In this document: one piece after another, positions 22,720-36,414 of the stretch
Layout: each line of letters opens with the position of its first letter
Numbering within the stretch: position 1 is the first letter of the stretch
Origin: Octopus sinensis
Taxonomy: Eukaryota
Assembly (NCBI RefSeq): GCF_006345805.1
Contig: NW_021834476.1
Coordinates: 1-48,123 of the forward strand
Direction of reading: 5' to 3'
DNA length: 48,123 nucleotides
Position numbers and translations under genes: made by a program
The notes under the pieces: generated by a model
Told to the model about the DNA's origin: nothing
Seen by the model: only the letters and a program-made list of their open reading frames with translations
The model's database searches: none

Positions 22720-24910
22720 GGTAACAGGAGGAATTTCAACCGTGTTTCATGGTCTGCTGCCACAACAGCTCCTTTATAGGATCCAGTTAGCTCAAGACAT
22801 CATAAGGAGGAACCACGTCCAGTTTCGGCCCCTACTCCTGTACCGTTTTGACGTGGTGGGGGTGTCTTCAGCTCTGGTGTTGGGTGCATGTCTTCTTTCT
22901 TCTTCTGTTCCCTGGCCTCTTCAATGTAGTGTCAACGAGTGTCAGCGGGTGACTGACAGTCTTTTCAAATTTTTTCCCTTTAAATACCTGCTTCTAGGCT
23001 CCAGCAGGCAGCCCCAACAAGTTGTTACGTGACACTGTCTCAACTTTAACTGACCAATGAAGGCGTGTAGTCTTAGCCCACGTATTCTCTAAACGACCTT
23101 TACCTGTCAGTCAGCGAAGCTAATTCAGTGTCAGCTTGTCTCACCTAGTCATGTTATTTTCCGCCGGTATGTTATGACTTTCAAGCCATTTTTGGTCTTC
23201 CTGCTTCAGCCATATATAGAAGCTGGCTTTTTCGACCGCCTCCTGTACTCTCATTAGTTTTCTCAGCTCCGAGCTAGAAAAAACAAATCTTCTTTTGAAC
23301 AGCATTGTCATTTTTCTTTCCATGAAGCCCCTAGCCCCATTGCCAGGTGGTGATACTCGACATTCCATCCCTGTTCTCTGCACTCTTCAATTAGTTCTTC
23401 GTACCTCTTCTCCTTTCATACCTCTGCCGATGTTCTCTTCCCATGGTACTGTCAGTTCTAGCAAAATTCCTATTCTCCGTTCAATGTTCCATAGGACTAA
23501 ATCTGGTCTTTTTGTCATTTTTATTAGTGGAAATATTACTTGTCTTTCCAAATCCATGGCCACCTCCCAGTATCCCTTCCATCTTTCGTCTATCTCGTAT
23601 ATTTTATTTGTAGGCCTGGTTTCATATCCTTTTCCCTCCTTCTGGAAGTATACTTTCCTGCGCTATTCCACTTTTGGGTACTCTCCCCTATTGTGCCTCT
23701 CGATCTTCTCCTTGAGTGCTGTGCTTATGATGCCGAGGATTTGATTATGGCGCCATGTATACCTTTCTAGTGCTAGTCTGCAGTTTGACAGAACATGTTT
23801 AACCGTCGCTTTTTCTCCGCATCTACACTCATCAGTTGTTTTTATGTTTCACCGGACTAAGTTCGCCAGTGAGGGTAGAACATCGAAGGCAGACTTGATA
23901 TTCTGTGGCTGATCACATATTCCTCCCATCTCAGGCACTGTCCCTGTTGACTACATTGCACCAAATGTACATTTTGCCTTTCTTCTTCCTCCTTTCTCAC
24001 TTCGTATACCACTGCTTCTTTCATCTCTTTTATACTGCTCTTGCAAAATGGCCTGAAATTGTGCGACCCTAGGCCGGCTCTTGCTTCTTGTGTCACTCCG
24101 ACTATATCTGCTTGCCTTAGTTTTCTGATTGCCCTGTTTACTGCCTCTTCCGCCTTCCATTTCCTCTCTGTTCATACCTTTGGAGGGTTTTCCCGGATGA
24201 TCTGATCTTTTGAATACTTTAGCATCATTACTGTCCTTGCCTTTCCTGCCTTATATTCTTCGGCGATTGATGTTATTGGTAGTTGCAGCACGGGTTTTCC
24301 ATATAGTACAGTTGTATTCAGTGGTTTTGGCAGACCAAGCCATTTTCTGATAAACACACTGCATCTTTGTTCCATTCTTTCTACTCTACTCTAGGCTATT
24401 TCGTACAATTGCAATGGCCACATTATCCTTGGGTACAGCCAAAATTGCAGTATCCAACATTTGAATTTTCTCGGCAGTGTTGTTCTGTCATTTGCCTTTA
24501 ATCCTTGTTCTACTAACTTGTGTGTTTCTTTCCCTTGCTTCTTATCATTTAATGAATCTCTATACCATCTGCCAAGACTCTTTACTGGCTATTCTTTCAC
24601 TGTTGGTATGTCTTCACCTCCTATCCCAAATTTCACTTCTTCTTGCACTCCTTTCACGAAAGCCATGCTTCGAGATTTTTTGGCCTTGAATTTCATCCTT
24701 GCCCATCCTTATCAGTTCGTCCAACCGCTCTAACAGTCCCTCTGCTGCTTCTCTACTTTCCGATATTACAGTAACGTCATCCATAAAAGCCCTTAATGGT
24801 GTCTTTGTAACAGCTTTCTCACAGTTTGTAGATCTGAGTAACATTTCCATGACTAGCACGAATAAGCTGACTGATATCGTGCATCCAGCTGCAATACCTA
24901 TTTCAAGCCT
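22720..24910 (-). mobile_element. 5'-truncated Hero-like non-LTR retrotransposon with restriction-like endonuclease; decayed
   Basis: Motifs AFMDDVTV, RKWLGLP, CRCGEKATVKHVLSNC..RYTWRHNQIL, RPDLVLW..ELTVPWEE, GARGF, EKASFYIWLK. Confidence 0.85.
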
Positions 24911-25637
24911 ATACTTATATTCAAGGAAATGAACAATTTTCATACAAAGACTAAATAAATTAAAAACTAAATTGTTCCACTGCCTTAATGTAATGTTAAA
25001 TCTCTTTCTCATTGAGTATACTCTTCTTTTAATGATATATATCAAGAAAAAAAAACAAAGAAAAAAACTTAAAAACCACTTGTTACCTTATTGTGCTTTT
25101 TTTGCAATGGATAATGATCCAACTTCGTGGACAAAAGAACCATATCAGGAGGAAAGCTGAAGAAGATATTTTGGCATGAGCTTGTAGATATTGTAAGAAC
25201 ATATGCTTTATCAGTAGATGTTGTGTCAGCTGTGAAAAATATTGCATATAAAGTGTTGCAATACATTTTTGCCCAGAAGAATACACTATAGCAATCCACA
25301 CTGAAGAACCTTCTACTTCTGCTGTTTCTTTCTCAGTAAGAGATGTAGATGATTTTCTTGCAGTAGAAATAGTTCTCAAAAAAAAAAAAAAGGAGAAAAA
25401 CGTAGAAGAGATTACTGTTCTTCTTTCTCCCATTAGATTGCTGTTCATGTTGAATAAACAACCTGTCAAACACAAACAAAAAAAATTGTGATTTTTCAAC
25501 TGCTAATTTTTAATTTTTCATTTAAATCTTTCATTTGCTTATTTGGATACGTAAATGTCATGTTGATTATTTCAATTGTTCACATATCATATAGACTGAA
25601 ATTTACCAAGAGTTTTAATTAGATTCTTTTTCTTTTA

Positions 25638-25793
25638 TTCTTTTACTTGTTTCAGTAATTTGACTGTGGCCATGCTGGAGCACCACCTTGAAGGGTTTTA
25701 GTTGAATAAATCAACCCCAGGACTTATTTCTTAAACCTAGTATTTATTCTATCAGTCTCTTTTGCCAAACTGCTAAGTTACAGGGACAAACAC
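25638..25793 (-). mobile_element. SINE 3' tail fragment (family of 205-612), diverged
   Basis: Reverse complement resembles 455-610. Confidence 0.8.
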
Positions 25794-25893
25794 ACTCACA
25801 CACAGACATATATATATATATATATACATACATACATATGAAGTAAAAGCAGTTCTAGTGAAATAAATATTATTAAATACATATACTTATGTA

Positions 25894-27151
25894 CAGGGTG
25901 CAGTGAATAAACTTTCATTTAAATTACACAAAAGTGAAAATAACACTGATATCTCACTTTAATAGATGTACTTACCAAAATTACATGAAAAAAAAACATC
26001 TTGAAATACTAAAGAGTAAATTTATTCAATAAAATCACCCTTGGATTCAATCATGGCCTCGAGATGACTTCAGAATCTCCTACAACTCTTCTGGATAGCC
26101 TCCTTGTTTAAGCTGGTGACTGCTGCTGTAATCCTTGCCTTCAGTTCAGCTTTGGTTACAAGGAGTTTTGTTGGTCTCTCGTTCAACTATGCCCCACACA
26201 TAATAATCAAAGAGGTTGCAGTCTGAGGAGTTAGGTGGTCACATGTTTGGGGTGAGATGGTTGCAGAAATTGTCTGACAGCCATTACTAGGTTCTCCTAC
26301 TTGTGTGGCATGGTGCAGAGTTCTGTTATTAGACATACCATCTTGACCCATGACAGCACTACTTGATGTAGGCCTCTGTGTTGAGCTTGAGGCCATGTGG
26401 GAAGATGAATGGAGGTATAAAATCACCATCACTAGTGATCACGCCGAACACCAGGATGTTGACTGGATGTTTGATTCTTATCACTCTTGGTATATGTTTT
26501 GGGGACACAGCAAACCAATGGTTTTCTGTGTGCTCACCATCTAATCCTGCCAGAAATCTTTCTCATCTGAGAAAAACCAAAGCATATTCGGTTGGAGGGG
26601 ATTCCTGAGTTTGTTCAAAAGCTTTGTAGCATGGTCCTTCTTCTTGTCCTTGGTGGCTTGGGATAAAAAATTAGCCCTTTTTTATCTTGTATGAGGAATA
26701 CTGAATGTCATCCTACACTACCTACCCAAAACTCAAACACTCTCATGTCCCTGGCAATGGACTTGATTGACTAGGAGGGATCGTTGTCAATTATGGCCCA
26801 GATCTCACCAACAAATTCATGAGTTTTTTCTTATCAGAATGATCAGAGTGAGTTTTCTGAACTGCCATACCTTCATAATCACCATTAGACTGATCCAACT
26901 CTTTCTGAATCCTCTGCACTGTCCTCAGATTGACACCTAAACACTCTGAAATGTTTGTATTGGAGCTTTTGGCACAAAGCGGTACAGCATGTCGTTTCCA
27001 AATTTCTGGCAGTGAATTACATCATGGTGCTGTTTTTCTCACAGACAGTGCCCAACTGACTCTACTGTCAAGTCAACAAAATCAAAAACAAATAATGCAC
27101 ATGTGCGAAATTAGAAACATAAAATGGCAACAATTTACCTATTGCACACTG
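25894..27151 (-). mobile_element. Tc1/mariner-superfamily element, maT/DD37D-like; decayed
   Basis: Motifs WFFSDEKDF and PPNSSDCNLFDYYVW..LEAMIESKGDFIE*; degenerate TIRs (CAGGGTGCA../CAGTGTGCA..) each flanked by TA; ~1.26 kb. Confidence 0.8.
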
Positions 27152-27542
27152 TATATGCTTTGTATATTTTTCAATGGCTGCAATGGCATGTCCAATTATA
27201 TAAACTTTTGTTGTCACCAGTGTTAAAACACCTTAGTCATGGACAGGTGAGATAACTCACCCTCAGTCCCTTTTGGGAGTGATGGACATTGATGTTTCCC
27301 CATTTTGGTGGCTTGTTAGCATGACGTACCCACCTGGGGTTGAAGTTGAATTGCCTAGCTAGTCCATGATATGCTCATAGCTTGTAAAATCATGAGCTGG
27401 TATGCTCAGAAATTGCATACCTAATGATATTGAGGGTGAGTTATCTCATCTGTCCATAACTAAGGTGTTTTAACACCAGCAACATTGAGAGTTTATATAC
27501 TCTGATACACCATTGCAGCCACCAGAAAACACACAAAGCACA
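27152..27542. repeat. Fold-back inverted repeat (arms ~115 bp, ~165-nt spacer)
   Basis: 27152-27266 pairs with 27430-27542. Confidence 0.8.
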
Positions 27543-28174
27543 AACATTAGTATGTGTATTTAATAATATTTATTACACTAGAGTTGCTTTTACTTCATAT
27601 ATAGATTTTCTCTTCATTTTTCCTTCTTTTTCTCTCTTTTATTGATTTACCTCCTCTTCTCCCACTATTCTATCCTATTATTCTGTCACTCTCTCTCTCT
27701 CACTCCTCCTCCCTTGCTCACGTGGCACCCACGTGACCATCGGCCATCTTTCTTTCTCTCCTTTGTAGCTGGAACAAGGAAGACGAGTCCTTGTTTGTCT
27801 CTTGTCCTAGCTTGATTTACATGTTCGACACTACAACCTTGTTTAGGTTTAGCAGCTCTTCCTATTTGTTTTCACTGTCCTGTTTGTGTTACCAATTTTG
27901 ACACTCCACAAAATCCTAAATTTGATTTAATTTGCTTTGCAGGAACAACCATTTTATCGATAGCATATATTGTTGTTAAATGCTTGAAATACGAGACTAG
28001 AAAAGCAGCCAACAACTGATGAAAGACTGTTCTTTATGTTGTTTGTTTTGTTTTCCATTTGTGACTTTCGTTGTTTGAAAGAATAGTTCATGTTCCATGT
28101 ACTCATGCTTCATACTTTATTGTTGTACACGTTTTGTGATGCCCTGTGCCTACATATGCATATATATATACATA

Positions 28175-28248
<74 letters not shown>

Positions 28249-28344
28249 TATAGATGTAAATATGTACATATATGTATGTATATATGCATATATATAAATA
28301 TTTCAACAGAAAAACACATTTGTAGAAACACATTTCTCTGCCAA

Positions 28345-28840
28345 AAATAAATTACACAAACACAGTGCTCTAGCAGATATTTCTCCTTCAGTCTTGATGT
28401 CAACAGTTCTGCTTTATCTTTTGAGAGGGATAGGTCTCTGACAATGTCATTCAGTTCAGCTTGGGAAAATTTCAGCCGTGTAATCTTCCTCAGCAGCACT
28501 AACATGACAGTCAGCATCATCATCTGATTTTTCAATACCATCATCTGGTAGAACTGGAATTGGTAGACTTCCATTGTGAGGTACAGGTTTCATGGCAGAA
28601 TCCAAATTGGGATACACAATTTTGTGTTTATTATTCAGAAAAAATCCTGTGACATTTACTTTGCAAAAATAAGTCATTTAAATGGTATTTTGGCTCCCTC
28701 TATATCATTGGAATGGCAAAAGGCATGGACTTCTTATTGAACCAATCAGGTAAGCCATTTGGGCAAGCTGAGCAGATAAAATGTGGTGCCCTTCTTGATT
28801 TCTGGTGATTGTCCACAGATATAGCAAAACACTGTAAAAC
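28345..28840 (-). mobile_element. Chapaev3-like transposase N-terminal fragment
   Basis: Motifs FCYICG, YFC..GF..KHKIVYPNLDSAMKPVPH..LPIP, FSQAELNDIVRDLSLSKDKAELLTSRLKEK. Confidence 0.75.
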
Positions 28841-29471
28841 AAGTAAGGAAATAGATACAAATGGTTATACTTATATTGAATTTAAGATAATGAAATATTT
28901 CATCAGACTGATTTGACTTGTCAATTTGAGATGTTGAAATACCTATTTCATTAGACAAAACTTGATTGGTTAATTTAAGATGATGAAATATTGCATCTCA
29001 ACTATGCAGCAATGAACAATGTAGTTTATTTTAAAGGTATGTTTCCATGATATAAATCAAATCCATGCATACATGTCATTGATTGGAACTTCTATATAAT
29101 GCTTGAGCTAAAACCCCAAAAAACTCATCTTCAAAACTGTATGTGATGTCAAAAAACTAACTGTATATTTGAAAACAGCATTAAAAACTACACTACGTAC
29201 ACCTTGACAGATGCTTGATGAAAAATATTTGTTGACCAGTGTTATTGAAAAAAATCAATTGCAATAATTGAAACATGCTACTCAAGCTGTATGGCAACCT
29301 CAATAGTGCAGGTGGCAAGAAAAAGTAACCAGTACATGATTTAAAGTGGTTGGAATTAGGCCGAGAATCTATCCATAGAAACAATGACAAAGTAGACATC
29401 ATGGCACATTGTAGTCCTTGAAGTCATCAGCTCCAGTCAGACCATTCAAAGTATGCCAGCATGGAACATAC

Positions 29472-29919
29472 TGTCTATGTAAACAAAGCAATCAAAGATA
29501 GAAAAATAGGTAATGGGTGTACATGCATATTTCAAGAGTTTTTAGTACCATATCCAACCCATTAACTATCTTCAAATACAATGATTAAATAGCCACTAAG
29601 TTTAGCGGTGTAACACAATTGGATGTACCAATTTTATATAATAAGCACATTCCTGACAGCTGATATGTACATATTCATTGCTGGGAGGGACACTGTATCC
29701 CTACCAGCAATTAATATGGACATGAAGTTGCCAGGAATGTGTTTAATATGTAAATTGGTCTATCCAATTCTGTTACACTGCTATATTTGGTGGCTAATTA
29801 AACAATGTGTTCGTGGATGGTTAGTGTGTTGAATGTGGAGCTGAAGGAGGAAGAACTGAAATATGCACATACACCCATTACCTATTTTTCTATCTTTGAT
29901 TGCATTGCTTACATAGACA
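29472..29919. repeat. Fold-back hairpin, ~220-bp arms, 7-nt loop (CACTGTA)
   Basis: 29472-29692 pairs with 29700-29919 along its whole length. Confidence 0.85.
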
Positions 29920-30104
29920 TATTCATATACAAAATGTCATAACAAATTAGTGTTGGCTCAAATTTCTACAGAAAATCTGTAGAGATAACTTTAAAAAGTG
30001 ATTTAATAACACAGGTGGGGCACAGTATTGACTAATAAATCTTTAATATATTTGATAGTATATTATGTTTCTATTACAAAATACAGCACCCCTGGAAGCA
30101 ATTG

Positions 30105-30135
<31 letters not shown>

Positions 30136-30496
30136 TGCTTGCATATATGTGTTTATCAGCTCACTGTTAGCTCCTTTGTTACCCATGCTTTAAGCCAACT
30201 TCTTCCTCTTCCAGTCATTTCAACATACCTTAACTACCTAACTCAAGCATGTTTTTTTTTGTCTCCACATCTATCCTTTCTGTTGAAAAGTATAGACTTA
30301 CTTCTTCCATTTTCTGTGAACATTAAACTAATACACCCTGATTGTTGTTCTTTCACTCTGTCTTATATATATATATAAACTCATTATGTATTCTACTTGT
30401 CCTGTGTGTATCAATATGATATTTTAGTGACTTTCATCCTTCTACTATATACCTATATGCATGCATCTATTTGAGAGCTGTATGCATCTAAGCATA

Positions 30497-31781
30497 TCGG
30501 GTCATTAAGGATGAAATGTCCGATCTGGAACTGAAAGTTTATTTTACTTTATCTCAGCAAAAAGCAATGCAGTTAATCGAGGTATGCACCTAAATTATCA
30601 ACACAATTTTGCCATCTTATCAGTAGCTTATTTATGCCGGCAGTGAAGAATTCTGGAGAGCAAGGGGTGATGAAATCAGGAAAAGCTGTTTTTGCATCTT
30701 CTTCAGATTTGAAGTTTTTTCCTCGCAAAAAGTTGTCTAATGCCTGAAAAATATGATAGTCAGTTGGTTCAAGGTTTGGTGAATATGGTGGATGACAGAG
30801 TACTTCCAAGTTCAGTTCTTGTAACTTGAGTAGTGTCCTTTGTGCAATATGTGGTCGAGCATTGTCTTGCAAGAGAATTGACCTGTCTCTATTGACCAAT
30901 CTCAATTGTTTATTTGCAAGTTCACTCATCATTTCATCCAAATGGTTGATGTATACATCTGCTGTAATTGACTTGCCAGGTCTCATGAAGATGTAGTGGA
31001 AGACACTTGAGCTGGATCACCAAACAGACACCATTAGCTTCTTTTGGTGAATATTCATTTTTGGATTGTGTTTTGGCACTTTGTCTCTGTCTAACCACCA
31101 TGCAGAACACTTGCTATTATTGAAAAGAATCCATTTTACAACACATGTAGCAATACAATGCAAAAATAGTTCTCTTTTATACCGTGACACCGAAGAAGAG
31201 CAAGTTTCAAGACAACATGTCATTAGATGCTTATTCAGTTTGTGTGGTATCCATTTGGCCAGCTCCTTTACCATGCCAATTTGTTCCAGATGGTCCAATA
31301 TAGCTGGAATCGAAACAGCAAACCTTGCTGTTAACTCATGCGTAGTTTGAGATGTATCTGCTTCCAATAAAGTTTCCAGCGCATCATTATGCACCTTGGT
31401 CTCATGTCTACCACAGGGCTGGTTTTCAAGAGTAAAGTCACAAGACTGGAACTTCTCAAACCATCGACGTACAGTGCGCTCATTTGCCACATCTTCACCA
31501 AACATCTCACTGATGTTTTGAGCTGTCTGGGATGCATTGGTTCCATGACAGAATTCATACTCATAAACAACACGAATTTTTTTATCTATCTATGGGTTCA
31601 CAAAAATTGATTTAAAAGAGAAAACACACAATATAATCAGACTCCATGAACTGCATTTTGAAAAGTGATGATGTAATTCTTCAATGTTATAAAACAAAGA
31701 ATTGTAGGATAAAACATTAGAGTTAACAACTGTTAGACTTGGTGCATAAGAAAATCAAATATTTCATTCTTAATGACCTGA
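30497..31781 (-). mobile_element. Full-length mariner (DD34D) element, 1285 bp; transposase 30573-31589 inactivated
   Basis: ~28-bp TIRs with TA on both sides; HTH, WIPHKL, QDNARPH, YSPNLEPTDY; probable start ATG>ATA, one in-frame TGA, first catalytic D lost (TCVVKW). Confidence 0.92.
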
Positions 31782-32079
31782 TATGTGTGTGTAGCATGTA
31801 ATATACCTGGACTACTTATATAAATATTTAAACCTTGCTATGTAGCCATCCTGTCCTCACTCCTGATCAACCTGAAGTCTTAGCCCCATACCCCCTTCCT
31901 CTCTCTCTTTCTTGGCACTCACTCAAGATGTTGTATAAGATTGAGGAAACTGAACTTTATTGAATAAATTAACTATGTACCAAAACCCTCTGCCAGCTGG
32001 CAAGTGTTTGTGCAAATCTTTTCAGGTGTAGACAAAAGTTCTACAATGACTGTCTTCCCACTATTTCTCCAAAGTCCAC

Positions 32080-34220
32080 AATTTTAGGGCTGTTACCAAC
32101 AATGTAGGCACAATGAAAGGAAGAATTGGTAAGATTATTGAAATGCTGGAGCAATGGCATGTAGACATGTGTAATGTGCAAGAAGATGGAGGGGAGCCTC
32201 CACTAGATTCCTCATGAGTAGGAAACAGAGGTTCAAATTCTTCTGAGTAGGCAGAAATGATGGAATAGGTGGAGGAGGCATACTTTTGGTTGAAAATGAG
32301 TACATAGGGTAATTGAGGTAGTCAGAGTATGTGATAGGGTCATTAAGCTGAGATTAATCTTAGATAAATTAACAGTATCTACCTATGCTCCACAGTCTGG
32401 GCTGGTTGATGATCAGAAGGACCAATTTTAGGAGCTCTTTTGCAGACTAACTCAACAATAAATGACAGAGACTTGGTTATTGTGGCTTGTGACTTCAATG
32501 GACATTTTGGGCAGTACGGCTTTGGTTCTTGCAATGAGGAGGGAACAAGGTTACTGGAATACTGTGATACAAATGATCTGATGATCTGCAACACTAACTT
32601 CAGAAAACCAGTCAACTACCTGATTGTCTATGAGTCTGGTGGGTACATAAGCCAGATTGATTACATTTTCACCAGGCAGCGAGATAAGCAGATGATTGAA
32701 AATGCAAAGTTTTCCCCAGGTGAAGAATGAACAACTCAACATAGGTTACTATAGTTAGTGATTTCAGAATTAGAGCTAGGACTTGGAAGCATAAACCAGG
32801 GAAAGGAGGTTATGGCAGCTCAAAGACCCAGCAAAGCAACAGAAATTTAGGGATATTCTAATGGAAGCTTCTGATGACAAGGAGGAGTTGGAAACATAGT
32901 ATAGAGGACAACTGGAAGTTCTTTGTAACAACCTACTGAAGATTACAGACCAAATCTGTGACCGGTGCAAAGTCCTAGCCAGGCCTTGAATGATATGGTG
33001 GTGGGACAAGGAGGTAGACAGTGCCACAAAAGCAAAGAGACAGGCCTGGAAAAACTAGGAAAATGGTGGAAGCAGTGATATAAGGCAACAGGTTTACATG
33101 GTGAAAGGAAAAGCAGGAAGAGATTTGCCAATGTTCTATAGCATGAGGATCAGAGGCATGAGATGTTCTGGATGGCAAAGCAATGTATGAGAGAGAATAG
33201 GGATATGGATGAGAAATTTGTGTGAATGTATAAAGGTATGCTTGTACATAGCAATTCAGAAAAGAACAATTCATTGAAGTACCATTATGAGAAATTACTA
33301 AATATGGAGATTTCATGGGAGGACAGTCTGCCAAATATAGAACCAACTTGAGTCACCAGCTATCAGAGTTGACAGCAGTATAATAAGGCAAATTAAGGGA
33401 ATCACTGCTGAGATACTTAAAATACCTGGTGGAGTAGGACATGGCCTAGTCACTTGTATAGTTAATCAGGTTATCCAGGAAGACACCATCCCCAATGACT
33501 GGCATAGTATTATTATAGCTAGCTGCTACAAGGGTAAAAGTGATGCCTTGGATAGAACAAATTACTAAAATATCAAAATACTGGACCAAATCATGAAAGT
33601 TATAGAAAGTTATAGCTCAATCAATTAGGAATAGAATTAAACTAGATGAGATACAGTTTGGTTTTGTGCCCGAGAAGAGCATCACAGATGTCATCTTCCC
33701 AGGAGACAGCTGCAGGAGAAGTATGTTGCCAAAAGTAAACCCTTGTACATGGCTTTTATCAACCTGGAGAACACTTTTGACTGTTAACTGGTGGTCTCTA
33801 AGGAAATGAGGCGCAGAGGAGTGGCTTGTTAGAGTTGTACAAGCCATGTATAGTAGTGCTGTCAGCAAGGTGGCCATAAGTACAGTGATGAATTTAGTGT
33901 ACAAGTAAGGGTTCACAAGAACTCAGTTCTCAGTCCACTCTTATTCATCATAGTTCTCCAGGCCATAACATACACATTTAAAACTGGATGTCTGTTGAGA
34001 CTACTATATGCTGATGACCTTACTCTTTTAGCAGAACTGGAGAAGAAATTCCAAGTATGGAAGCAAAACCTAGAATCAAATAGCCTTAAAGTTAATCTAG
34101 CAAAGAACAAAGTTGTTGTTAGCAAGAAAGTAGATAAAACCTTCTTTCCATCAGGCAAATGGCTCTGCTCAATATGTAGGAAAAGTGTTGGAAGAAATTC
34201 CATTCATTCCACCCAGTGCT
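32080..34220 (+). mobile_element. Old, heavily decayed RTE (endonuclease to PHD insert)
   Basis: Colinear with ~40230-42520; fragments CDFNGH, SQIDYI, LYADDL, WLCSICRKSVGRNSI. Confidence 0.88.
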
Positions 34221-35749
34221 ACAGATCTCTCTGTATTTCAGTTTCCAAAACTCATTTCCACTACTGCTTGTAGTTGATGCAAACTCACAAATTCTTCAAC
34301 ATTGAGTAGGAATTGAATGCAATTAACTTTATGATATTCAGTGTTGCATTCTTACTATTGCTTCTATGGTTATTTTGAAATTTACTAGTTAGTGCATAGT
34401 AGTAAACTGTTGACATGGTCAATATTTGTACTGTGAAAATTAGCACAAAGATTGAACTATAAGGTTTTTATGGCAAAGTGATTATATTTAACAATTAATT
34501 TGTGTGCTCCCTCCCTCTTCCCTGAAATGTCTGTGACACTCAAATGTTCCATTTTCTTTCACTTGGCTCTCTAAAAATGCAGTAAAATCTTCTGGAAAGA
34601 ACATATGGCTTCAGGCTGAGAATCACTAATTTCATGTATCATCCAGCCATTTCACATCAACTCTGTGTACATCAAATATCTTAGCAGGTTCTTTTCAACA
34701 GATAAATCTTAAGTTCAGCTGGTATACAATAACCCTGATACAAACAGATTTTGACATTGCCTCTAAATTCTTTTTCAAGATGGTGAAGCTAAGGGAATTA
34801 TGCTTAAAATAGCTGTAATGATATGTAATACAATCAACAAGAACTAGTCTTATTGAATTAGCTATGCAGACAGCATGATGGCGATGATACTGCTACTGGT
34901 TACAACAGTTGTAGATGAGAAAGTATTGGATAAGGACTGTCACAGCCAATAAGAATTCTAAGCTGATAAAAAAGAAAAGAAATAGGAGCAGCACAAGCAA
35001 TAAGTTGCTCCTCTTATGTGACTAGTAATTGTGAGATTAAACAAAGATAAAAATGTGAAGAAGATAAGTTAAATATATAGGGGAAAGATTAAAGAAAACA
35101 AGTAGAAGAAAAGACAAGATAAAAAAAAATTGGAGATGAGAAACAAAAATGAAGTTTTAGGGGTGGAAGATAGATAATATAAAATAAAGGAAGTTAGAGA
35201 AAGATGGAGGGTATGAGAAGCAATACTATACAGCTTTAGCTTGCAGCAACAGTGGTAGCACAGTCAGAAAGGCTGCTAGTTTAGATGTGTAAGAAGTACT
35301 TGTTCACTCAGTGTGACAAATTTCTGAAACTTCTCCATATCATAAAGAAAAATAGAAAACAACTTTCTCCTTTAAGATCACTGAGATACAGAGGAGGAAG
35401 AAAATAGATGAAAAATAAAGCGAGAGAAAGAAGAAATAGTGCTTCTTGTCTAAAATAATTAATCTCAGAGAAGAGTAACTTGTGTCTGCTTCAAAGGTTC
35501 AACTGTCTTATTTCAGCTACAAGCTTCTACCAATGAAACAAACTGATATTAAACCATTTGTAGAACATTTTATTTTTATTAAGGGAGAAATAAATTATCG
35601 CTAATTTGAATCTGCAAAATTGCAAAAATGAAAAGAGACAGGAAACTGAAATTATTCACTTACACATAACTTTACTGCTTAAAAACTGTGTTGTTAAAGT
35701 TCAATTATTTCAATTAACAGGAACGAAAAGTAGTTAGGATGTGTGTCTG

Positions 35750-36186
35750 TGCACATGCAAACAAAAACATTAAATCATAAATATGTAACTTCCATTCAAT
35801 GAATGACAATTAGTTCTTCACTATCTACCTAAGATTAACATTATATTTTAAATCATTCAATGCAATTATGAACAATATCCTTCTGATATATTATCATGAT
35901 CATCATCATCATTATTTAACGTCTGTTTTGGCATGGGTTGGACAGTTTGACTGAGGTTTAGAAAGCCAGTGGCTGAACCAGTCAAACCATCCAACCCATG
36001 CCAGCATGGAAAACAGATGTTACACGATGAAGATGATGATGATATATCAGAAGGATATTGTTCATAATTGCATTGAATGATTTAAAATATAAAGATAATC
36101 CTAAGTAGATAGTGAAGAACTAATTTTCATTCATTGAATGGAAGTTACATATTTATGATTAAATTTTTTTCGTGTTTGCATGTGCA
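35750..36186. repeat. Fold-back hairpin (~205-bp arms, 25-nt loop) containing an RTE 3' tail in each arm
   Basis: 35750-35953 pairs with 35979-36186. Confidence 0.9.
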
Positions 36187-36289
36187 TGCACACATGTACC
36201 TGTGCACATCTCCCAAAAATACTAGGTACTAAACCAGTATTTCCTTGGATGCAACCATCCCTTCACGAAGTTAACATCCTCTAATTAAT

Positions 36290-36340
<51 letters not shown>

Positions 36341-36414
36341 AATATTAGGGAATAAATCCAAATTTACAGGGAAAAATCAGATTTAGGATTAAATCCAATT
36401 TTATAGTAAAATAT

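Noticed and set aside
25070-25500. Segment with protein-like translations (IHTEEPSTSAVSFSVRDVDDFLAVE)
   Set aside because: Stop-interrupted, no recognisable family, no supportable splice structure.
30573-31589. SETMAR/Metnase host gene
   Set aside because: No SET domain; bounded by TIRs and TA, with a lost catalytic Asp, so it is a plain dead mariner.
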